From contig NC_135659.1 of assembly GCF_964188315.1 (NCBI RefSeq), positions 59,396,001-59,460,000 on the forward strand: a stretch of DNA of 64,000 nucleotides, given 5' to 3'. Source of the DNA: Podarcis muralis. Taxonomy: Eukaryota. A program made the translations under genes and the position numbers. Shown here piece by piece: positions 10,965 to 19,988 of this stretch. The notes under the pieces were generated by a model that was given only the letters and a program-made list of their open reading frames with translations, was not told where the DNA came from and did no database searches. Numbering within the stretch: the first letter of the stretch is position 1; the number at the start of each line of letters is the position of its first letter.

Positions 10965-11996
10965 AGGGGCATTGTCTAAAGACAATGAAGTGCACCTCTA
11001 GGAGTGAAATCAAGCTGATGCATTAGCAGCAACAAAGTGAGCTCCTTGGGGTGCAAACTTGGGCAGTGTGTATGGAGATCCTGGGTTGCCCAGACAACTA
11101 CCCCCTCTTGGCCTCGCTCAGGACCTCAATACCTCAAGGACCACCTCTCTCAATATGAACCTACCTGGACCCTGTGGTCATCCTCTGAGGCCCATCTTCG
11201 TGTGCCTCCTTCATGGGAGGTCCGGAGGGTGGCAACATGAGAGTGGGTATTTTCTGCAGTGGCTCCTTGTTTGTGAAATACAGGGAGATTCAGCTGGGGC
11301 CTTCATTATATATCTTTAGGTGCCATCCAGGCCTTTGGATGGTTGACTTCTGATGCCCTTTTAAATGTGGAAGGGGGGATTATTCGTTTGTTTTTGTTTG
11401 TATATTGATAGTGTGTGTGGTAATTTTATGTTGTGAACTGCCCTGAAATCTACAGGTATAGGGCGGTATACAAATGATGATGATGATATCCAAAGGAAAG
11501 GAAAGCAATATATTTGGCACCAGCTTGGCTGCAGAAGTTGCCAGAAGAAGGCATGCAAGGTGCCATTCAACCATCTTAGAGACCCCACTCTGGATATTTG
11601 TAGGGTTTGCTCCTAAATATTTTCTTCTCCAAAATATATCCCACAAGGCAGTGGAGGTTTAGGATCAGGGTTCACATTCTCCTAGATTGACTGCTTTCCT
11701 GTCTGCCCCTCACTTTCCTGCGCAGCATATGCTGAAACTGCCTTTTTGACCATTGGACCCACTATTGATCTCATCTGCCAGAGCCTGTCTTCGCATGCAG
11801 GGAACCCTAACTCACCGAGGGTTTGACACCCATTGGCTACCGTCACCTGGTTTAGCAGGCCAGCCGAGGCCTTTTCATGGGGGTGTAGCCACTGGTGGGA
11901 ACTGGGTGCAGGGTAGGGACCAAAGGTAGAGAAATTCCCCCAGAAGGTACATAATGTGTCCCACACCAGAGGTACTACCCCTTCCTTAACATCCCA
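10965..11996 (-). mobile_element. RTE-derived non-autonomous element (5'UTR plus 3' tail), interrupted by L2
   Basis: The minus strand carries RTE 5'UTR-like motifs (GGGGTAGTACCTCTGGTG; CTAGGAGAATGTGAACCCTGATCCTAAACC). It ends in CAGCTTGATTTCACTCC...AGACAATGCC, like the RTE 3' end at 51232-51270. No ORF lies between them. Confidence 0.6.
11119..11487 (+). mobile_element. L2 LINE 3' end nested in the RTE-derived element
   Basis: Encodes GPQYLKDHLSQYEPTWTLWSSSEAHLRVPPSWEVRRVAT (L2 C-terminal region); 3'UTR ends GGGCGGTATACAAAT plus a (GAT)n tail. Confidence 0.85.
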
Positions 11997-12617
11997 TCCA
12001 TCCATCCATACAGTAAATTGGTTACAAAGCTATTATTCCTAGATTATGGGGTTCTCAGATTCCTTTGTCCCCACTTCCTTTACTAGAATATTTGCTAATT
12101 TTCTCATGTCTGACTCCTGCAGGCACCAAAGCACAGGGAAGGCTTCCTGGATATGCTTGGCAAAAAGAGCTGCAGAGATAAATTGAGCCATAAAAATGAG
12201 AGTGATGTAGCAAATAAATCCCCCAAGTGCAACTGGGCAAGAGCTATTAAAACGTGCTGTGAAAGGTCACAACTTATGTAGCTTTTCATACAGTCATAGC
12301 TGACGATAGACAAATATTTTCTGGCTTAAATATTGTAAATCTATTTATGGAGCAATCACTGGGAGCCATTACTATCTTTTAGACTGGCACCACAGCTATT
12401 AAGAGGCTAGAAGTTGGGGAAACAGAAGAAGAAGTCTTCCAGTAAAATCCTGTCCTACCCAATGATTTGTGGAGAAGTGCTGTCTAAGGCCACATTCACA
12501 ACATACATTTAAAGCACTATGGCACCACTTTAAGCACTCGTGGCTTCTCCCAAAGAATTCTGGGAGCTGTAGTTTGTTAAGGGCGCTGGCAGTGGCTCCC
12601 CTAACAGAGCTACAATT

Positions 12618-13803
12618 AGAAAATCATTATTTGAGATTATGGAATAGACACAAAGTATTGTTAGAACGCAAAACCCCGTGGTGGCTTTCACCACTAGAGG
12701 CTTTTGCAGTAAAAAAGAAAAACATGGGAAATGAATGGGCGACATATAGAGATTTCTTGGAAGAAGTGGATGGCAAATTAAAGATGAAATCATTTGAAGA
12801 GTTGAGAGGAAAACTAAACTGACTAAACTTACAGCAATTGTAAGATGATTTTAGAGAGGATTATAAAAGGAATGGATTTGGAAGTACTAAATCAAAAATT
12901 GAGACAGAATTGCTGAGCAGTAAAACAAAAATACTGTCAAAAATGTGTAAGATATTATTAGAGTGGAATACAAAGGATGAAGAGGTAAAATGTGTTATGG
13001 TTAGATGGGCCCAGGATTTGGGACATAATATTGACTTTGAAAGATGGGGGAAATTGTGGACAAAAACAATCAAATTTACTGCATGTGTGTCACTTAAAGA
13101 GAACTTAATGAAGATGATGTATCACTGGTATATTACACTGACTAAATTAGCCAAAATGTATAGAAACCAAGATAAAAATTGTTGGAAATGTAAGGAGAAA
13201 GAGGGGGATTTCCTTCATATGTGGTGGACTTACACTAAGGTAAAAGCATTCTGTGATATAATATACAATGAGTTGAAAAAGGATTTTAAATATAATTTCA
13301 ATAAAAAACCAGAGGCATTTTTGTTAGGGTTAATTGGTGATGAAATTCAGAAAAAAGATGTAAATTTGTTTATGTATGCCACAACGGCTGCGAGAATACT
13401 CCTGGCCCAGAAATGGAAGCAGCAGGAACTTCCTACATTGGAAGATTGGCAGATAAAGATGGTGGAGTATGTGGAGATGGCAAAGCTGACGGGGAAGATC
13501 CATAATCGGCGAGACGAACTGTTTCAGAAGGACTGGAGCAAATTTATATTTTATATGAAAGAAAATTGTAAACATTTGAAAACGTTTGTTGGTTTGAATT
13601 GAAATGCTTTGTAATGTGAAAATAAGAAACCAATTTACATATAAGGAGGTAATTTTTATAAAAAAGAAGATTTAAAGTTAAAAAGTGGCCATAGAAATGC
13701 GAAAATTTATCAATAGATGTTTGGAAGTCAGAAAGAGGGAGGGAAGTGTAATGAAATGTAATTAAATATGGAAAATTTAATAAAAATTATTTTTTTAAAA
13801 AAA
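12618..13803 (+). mobile_element. L1 LINE, 5'-truncated (ORF2 C-terminus, 3'UTR, polyA)
   Basis: Frame 12619-13602 has two in-frame stops (12820, 12841) and no frameshift. Zinc-knuckle CWKCKEKEGDFLHMWWTY and L1 motifs AARILLAQKWK, WSKFI are present, followed by AATAAA and an A tail. Confidence 0.92.
12910..13602 (+). pseudogene. L1 ORF2 C-terminal (CCHC) fragment, 230 aa
   Basis: ORF track translation contains C-x2-C-x8-H-x4-(C>Y) and a typical L1 ORF2 C-terminus. Confidence 0.88.
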
Positions 13804-14285
13804 TATCAGAGTGGTTCAACAACCAATCCCTCTTTGCAGGGGATTGTTTAAAGCGGGATGATGTGAACGTGGTCTTAGAAAGTACAAGGCTCCATTCCGG
13901 ACAAATCTCAGCACCTCAGAACAATGTACGAATTCATTTTCTTTTACACTTTTCTTGGGTGGGAGTGGGTTTATCACAGTAAGTCATACAATGTTTGATT
14001 TTCAGGATTCCTCCGTATGTTGGGGCACTGGCTTGTGGACTAGAAAATACCAATTTCACAGAAGAGAAACTGGTGATGCTCAGAAACGCTCCCCCCCCCC
14101 CCCATTAATTTATAGGGATAAACAGTTGCTCATACCCTGAAACTAATAAAACAGAAAAAAGCAGGCACCACTCCCCACCTAAAGGGCACTATGGTGTCCA
14201 AGGGTGTGGAGTACTGTGTTGGTGACTCTGGAATTACACATCCCTGCCTATGAGTTATCTAAGATGTATTCAAGCTTTCTCTCTT

Positions 14286-14411
14286 TTTTAAAATTTTGCT
14301 TTATTAGTTCCAGCAAGAACAAAACAAAACAATCAACAAAACAAAACAAAAACACTTTAGCACAATACATGTAAATACACTAATTTCCTAATACATATCT
14401 TCTATAACGAT
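14286..14411 (-). mobile_element. Very short retroposed 3' fragment (L1-like) with TSD
   Basis: Flanked by TTCAAGCTTTCTCTCTT (14269-14285) and TTCAAGCTTCTCTCTT (14412-14427); T-run and minus-strand AATAAA at the left end. Confidence 0.6.
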
Positions 14412-14588
14412 TTCAAGCTTCTCTCTTCAGAGGACCCTATACATATAAATGTGTTAGCTATATGACTCACTGCCACAAAACCCCAACATGTTGCAGGGGG
14501 CTGCTGGCCCTGATTGACTACAGATGCTCAGGACTGTAACCCCAGAATGCACCTAGCACACCCCTGCAGTAACAGATTGTGGAGTAAT

Positions 14589-14752
14589 CAGGGCGGACTA
14601 GGGTAATCTTTCATGATACGGTGCCCTGTGCAAGGCCAAAATTTGGTGCCCCCAAATGGATCTTCTCAATTATGGATCTTCTCAATTTTGTGCCCCCTCA
14701 GCTTGGCACCCTTTGCAGGGGAACCACCCACACTGCCCTAAATCCAACACTG
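14589..14752. mobile_element. hAT-like MITE containing a 16-bp tandem duplication
   Basis: Degenerate TIR CAGGGCGGACTAGG...CCTAAATCCAACACTG; ATGGATCTTCTCAATT x2 at 14656-14687. Confidence 0.55.
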
Positions 14753-14799
14753 GCAGTAAGTAATCTAGATAATGGAGCCCATTTAAATCAATGGTGAAG

Positions 14800-15151
14800 A
14801 CGACACAGTGTCTTGCACTCTCTCCCAACACAGAGACTTCCCTGGCGCCTTAACATGAGGTTAAGACTTCTTCTATTTTTTTTAATTCTCTCAGACATTT
14901 TAATGGCTTGCACATTAAAAACCCTATTGGGAGGATGCCATATTTTATGACATTAGGACTGAAGTTTGCCTTTGCTGTTGGTAGTTGCTATTTTAATGTG
15001 TGTATTGTGCTCACTGTGCTATTTATTACAATTAATTGGCTTCTAGTACAGCTTATTACAGCTTTGTTTTAAATGGCACTGTAAGCCACTCTGGGACAAA
15101 TATTACGAAGGGCAGTTAAGAAATCCCTCAAATAAATAAATAAATAAATAA
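14800..15151 (+). mobile_element. Old L2 3' end with (AAAT)n tail
   Basis: TGTAAGCCACTCTGGG...GAAGGGCAGTTAAGAAAT followed by (AAAT)5. Confidence 0.6.
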
Positions 15152-15218
15152 GAGCAAAGTCAGCATATAACAGAATGGGAACTTGGATTTTGCTTTTCAG
15201 TTCTGCCACTGATAAAAC

Positions 15219-15540
15219 TCATAAGAAAAAAAAGAAGAGCTCTGCTGGATCAGACCAAGGCCCATCTAGTCCAGCATCCTGCTCTCAGTGTGGTCAACCA
15301 ACTGCAGGTGAGAGTCCCACAAGCTTCACCTGAGCACAGCACACTCTACCCTACTTGTGATTCCCAGGACGTGGTACCTAGAGGCACACCTCTGCATCAG
15401 TGGCTACTAGCTAGTGACAGCTGGTGATGGCTACTAACCATTGATAGCCTTATGACCCTCCATGAATTTGTATAACTCCCCGTTAAAACCAGCCTGGTTG
15501 GTGTCTGTCACTACATCCTGCAGCAGCAAACCCCACAGTT
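15219..15540 (-). mobile_element. CR1 3'UTR fragment
   Basis: CATAAGAA...CTGCTGGATCAGACCAAGGCCCATCTAGTCCAGCATCCTG...CCATTGATAGCCTTAT; same family as 25549-25735. Confidence 0.75.
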
Positions 15541-15999
15541 CCCATAAAAGCTTGAGCCTACATTTCAAATTGAGTTCTCAAAAAAAGGAGGCCCCAAACG
15601 CAACTACTCTCTTTTAACTGCACCAAATTCCATGGCGCCGTTTCTACTTGCTGACTTACTTCCTGCTTGATTTCATTCATCAGATTTCTCTGCACAGGAA
15701 ATGTGTATAAAACTTCTTGAAAACTGTTGTGCTTCTTGGGCTAGCAGGGCCAGTCTTGTCAGCATCTCCCTTTTAGGAAGTAAGCACCGACTACAACCTG
15801 CTCTGCTCTCTGGTTCCCATGGCAATATTCAAGGCAACTAGCCTCTGTTGACAGTACATTTATCATAGGCTCAAAGAAAAAGAGTCACAGCAGGGTTCTA
15901 CAAAGAGTTACAAGTCGAATATTAACAAATTGTTTTCAATATTATCAGTTGCCCTCCTGCAGTCCTTCCCTCACACAATTATTATAGGAGCAAATGAAG

Positions 16000-16180
16000 A
16001 TGGCTTTTACTGACTCAGGCCACTGGTCCATCTAGCATAGCATCATCTACGTGGACCAAAAGTGGCTCTCCCAAGATTTTAGACAGAAATCTCTCTCAGC
16101 CCTACCTGAAAATGCCAGAGAGTGAACCTGGGGCCTTCTGTATGCTAAGCAGATGCTCTACCACTGAGCCACAGACGTTC
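16000..16180 (-). mobile_element. Squam2-like SINE
   Basis: Reverse head TGAACCTGGGGCCTTCTGTATGCTAAGCAGATGCTCTACCACTGAGC and tail GGTCCATCTAG. Confidence 0.75.
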
Positions 16181-16624
16181 CTCTGTCCCCACCCCTGTCA
16201 TTGCTTCCCTATGCACTCATCTCCAATACCATCAATGTTTTGGCATCAATCTCCTGCTCAGCTGAGTATAAGATTGATTCAACTGGTCAGGCCCCTCAAA
16301 CTCAAGTGAGGAATACTGTGCTGTAACTCATACTCTAGAACTGTAGTCTTCTACTTTTTCAGGCTCACCTATAACCCAGACATGCATTTGCGGAATCATT
16401 TATTTAATGCCATATGTTTGTCTGGTGGTAGCACTGCTGATATGTCCCACATTAAAACACCTTGGGATGCAATATTGGGTCCAACCCACAACTGAAGATC
16501 AATGCTCTAGAAAACAGAGACTCCACATCATGCCAAATATATCTCATGACTATAAAAGAAACAGCTTCTTCCATAGAGAAGTTGTGCCCCGATGACACTA
16601 CCCCTCCACTGTTTTATAAAAATG

Positions 16625-16847
16625 ATGCAGCCCAATCACCTTCTCAACACAGCCCGTGGATGGTCGAGGAATCAGTGTGTTTTTACGTAAGTAGAATGTG
16701 TCCTTTTATTTAAAATGCATCTCTGGGTTATTTGTGGGGCATAGGAATTCGTTCATTCCCCCCCCCCAAAAAAAAAATAGTCCGGCCCACCACATGGTCT
16801 GAGGGATGGTGGACTGGCCCATGGCTGAAAAAGGTTGCTGACCCCTG
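16625..16847 (-). mobile_element. hAT-Charlie MITE, OposCharlie1(OC1)-like, one TIR missing
   Basis: Minus strand CAGGGGTCAGCAACCTTTTTCAGC..GGGCCAGTCCAC..TCCCTCAGACC..GGGCCGGACTA..ATGAACGAATTCCTATGC resembles the recalled OC1 5' end. Confidence 0.65.
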
Positions 16848-17333
16848 CACTAAAGGGAAATGTGTCTAACATCCCTACATGATTTGGAATCCTGCATGTT
16901 CAGGGTTCTAAATCATGCAGGAAGCCGATGCATATAGAACAGGCTCCCAACTTCACACCTTGGTGCATGAATAGCAGGCGATTAAGATTGATAGGGGACA
17001 TAATGCAGCCCCAGGTGGTGGCAATTGCATGAGCTGCTAATGCATCAATAGAGCTAGAAACACATAGGCAGATTTGCACAATCTGGTCTATACATTTAAA
17101 AAATGTGCTAGAAAGAAAAATGAAGTAGATTCATGTTTTTAAAAAGCAATTAATTGGTTAATTTATTTCATTTTTCACCTGTTCTCCTCCTCTAAGTTGG
17201 GCAATCAGCTGAAGTAAAAAACCAACAAAATGTTTTAAACGTAGAGATAGAATTATGAGCTCCAAAACCGCTAACTCTGTTCTTCTGTAAGTTATGAAAA
17301 ATCACAGGTAACATCATTATTTGTAAAGGATTC

Positions 17334-17392
<59 letters not shown>
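17334..17392. repeat. Compound (AT)n(CA)21 microsatellite
   Basis: Direct reading. Confidence 0.98.
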
Positions 17393-17396
<4 letters not shown>

Positions 17397-17511
17397 CCAG
17401 TTTTAGATAAGGGCTAGGCAGTTACTTAAAGTTCTTAAAATGCATAGAGAAGTCTAACTTCAGATGAACATTGTATTCCTATCATCTGTGAATCAGGCCA
17501 ACTCTGCAGGC

Positions 17512-17766
17512 CAGGACCAGCCCAATATATTTTGCTGCCTGAGGCAGAGTAGCAAATGCCCCTCCAACCCCCTTCCCAGTCTAGAACCATTAATATCCAA
17601 GGCCAGCCAAGGTATGCTGCCCTGCAGAGGCAGGAAGTCCCACAAACACCTCCCTTCACTCCCCTGGCACAAAAATACAACAATAATAAGAATGCATTTG
17701 CTGCCTGCTCACGCCACCCAGATTCTGTTGCCTGAGGCAGCTGCCTTACTCTGGTGGCTAGCCCTG
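17512..17766. mobile_element. hAT-like MITE (CAGGGCTGGCCC family)
   Basis: Shares ATTTTGCTGCCTGAGGCAGAGT and CTGAGGCAGCTGCCTTACTCTG with 23583-23843 and 50058-50252. Confidence 0.65.
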
Positions 17767-18202
17767 CCCCGGGCTTTCCACCCCCTTTTATACTCCTGAG
17801 TCCTGAATTGTCAGCTGAGGCAAACTCAAGAACAGAAGCTTTCTCACTAAGTTTCTGTCACATCATCATTCAATGAGTATGACTCCTTCTCCCCTCCGAA
17901 AGGTAATTCTTTATAGGGTTGTTTCATCATTTTTTTCTGGGTTTCTGTGACTTTAACAGCTTCGTGACACACAATGATTCAATACATGAAGCTTTCCTTG
18001 CCGCTGCTTTTCCATTTCTGTTTGTTATGCAAGTATTTAAATGCTCTGGGGATCTGTCAGAAGGAGAGAGAGGCAGCAACTCTCTTATCCATTAACACTA
18101 TGTATTATTATTATTACTTATTATTCTAAATTTATATCCAAAAAGAGCCCAGGGTGGCAAACACACAGACGATAAACAATTCCAGGTACTGGGAAAGATC
18201 TC

Positions 18203-18354
18203 AATAGAATAGAATAGAATAGAATAGAATAGAATAGAATAGAATAGAATAGAATAGAATAGAATAGTTGGAAGGGACAGTGAGGATCATCTAGTCCAAG
18301 CCCCCTGCAATGCAGATGTTATCAGCACCACGCTCTAACCAACTGAGCTACCCA
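18203..18354 (-). mobile_element. tRNA(Ile)-headed SINE with CR1-derived tail and (CTATT)13, internally deleted
   Basis: Minus strand: GGTAGCTCAGTTGGTTAGAGCGTGGTGCTGATAAC (tRNA-Ile D-arm and anticodon arm) joined to CTGCATTGCAGGGGGCTTGGACTAGATGATCCTC..TCCCTTCCAAC (CR1 3' end); (AATAG)13 on plus at 18203-18267. Confidence 0.8.
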
Positions 18355-18365
18355 GATTATCTGTA

Positions 18366-18590
18366 AAGTGGTAACTCAGGTCACAGACGCTTCAGGTTAC
18401 AGACTCCGCTAACCCAGAAATAGTACCTCGGGTTAAGAACTTTGTTTCACGATGAGAACAGAAATCGCGTGGCGTGGCGCAGTAGCAGTGGGAGGCCCCA
18501 TTAGCTAAAGTGGTGCTTCAGGTTAAGAACAGTTTCAGGTTAAGAAGGGACCTCCAGAACAAATTAAGTTCTTAACCCAAGATACCACTG
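18366..18590. mobile_element. Tc1/mariner-type MITE
   Basis: TA-aAGTGGTAAC...GATACCACTG-TA; internal sequence is the reverse complement of 7910-8138. Confidence 0.9.
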
Positions 18591-19952
18591 TACTTAAAAG
18601 GCTTGTTGGGAGAGGAAGGTGACCAATATTCAGGGAAGAGAATTCTACAACACTAAAGGCCCAATGCCTAGGTCATGCAGAGTGAACTTCCTGATAAGAA
18701 GGTATCTGCAGGAGGGCCTCATCTGCACAGCACAGTGGTCAATTGGATATACACTCTGGTCTTAGGATGTATAGCAATATAAGATTTATATCCCTTGTTC
18801 TCTCCCCCCAACCCAGGCCTGCTTCTATCATTGTCCCTGCTACCAGCGTGAGAGATGCCTACAGCAACACAATATAACATCGGAACTTGAGTTGACAGGC
18901 AAGCAGCCTAGGAACTGAGGGAGGCAACGTCTGGTTGATAGTTCCTCATCAAGTCTGGGTTGTCCTCCTCTCCCCTGTTCCTCTGGGTGGGCTTGCTATG
19001 GCAGTCACCTTGGTTTGATGGATTGAAATGGGATACACAGGAGAAGAAGAAAAAACCACAGAAGCAGCTGCGTTATTAAAGAGCTGCCCTTGGCAGCATT
19101 GAGGAGGGAGCCTGCCGTGCTGCACACGCATCCAGCTTCAACCGTGCTGATTTAAATGGGATCATCCAAAGGCTGCCAAATGGCATGACAGAACTGTCTG
19201 TTGGTCTGTCTGCCTCCCTCCTTCCCCACCCCACCCCAGGTAATTTTTAGCAGCAAGAGGGGGGGGTACACTCTGGTGACTCAGACGCTGTTTACTTCAG
19301 CCAAACCCTTCAGGGGCTACAGAAACAGCCTAGCGTCACCGCAGCAAAAATAAGCTTTCTCAGGAAAGGCCTTGGGGTTTAGCGACACAGGATTAAAGGT
19401 TTGTTTGTTTGTTTGTTTGTTTGTTTGTTATACTTTATCATATTTACCCCCTCCTTTCTAAGTAAAATTGATCAAGGAAGTGGTGCGAAAAAATAATTTA
19501 CAATAAAGCAGTAAAACACAAGAGAAATAAATGCTTTATGTAGATAGCGGCAGCGAATACTAAAAATAAAAGTCCTGGTAAAGACCAAGGTTTTACTAGG
19601 CAGCAACTTAAGGCCTGCTGGGCCAAGCTGACATATTCAGCAATGCCTGCAGTATCCTGATAGCCATTGCTCCAGTCCATTGCTCCAACATAGGTGGTGG
19701 TTCACCAAATGGATTGATGCTATTATTGCCCCTTCCAGTCATTACCAGGAATGTCTGGAACTCTTGAGCCTCTCCCCATGAGGAAGACAATCATGGTATC
19801 TAACCACTCTCCCCACATTATAGTGCCATGTGGAGCTTTTTCCAGGTAGCCTCCGTGAAACCACAAGAAGAGCCCTGAGACTCATTCACATTAGTGCTTT
19901 CTGTTTGTTTGTTTTTTAAGCTGGTATTATCGCCTCTCACCTCCTTGCGATG

Positions 19953-19953
19953 C

Positions 19954-19988
<35 letters not shown>

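Larger units (their letters stand above)
12488..13875. mobile_element. Harbinger-like (Chompy-type) MITE split by an L1 insertion
   Basis: Left arm GGCCACATTCAC...ACATTTAAAGCAC (12488-12617); right arm CAGAGTGGTT...GTGAACGTGGTC (about 13805-13874). Same family as 45196-45507. Confidence 0.7.

Noticed and set aside
17255-17286. GNG12 first coding exon (MSSKTA similarity)
   Set aside because: Similarity ends after six residues, and no downstream G-gamma sequence (e.g. DPLL..NPF) is seen in the window.
18318-18354. Functional tRNA-Ile gene
   Set aside because: Only the D and anticodon arms are present; there is no T-arm/box B or acceptor stem, and it is fused to a CR1 tail.
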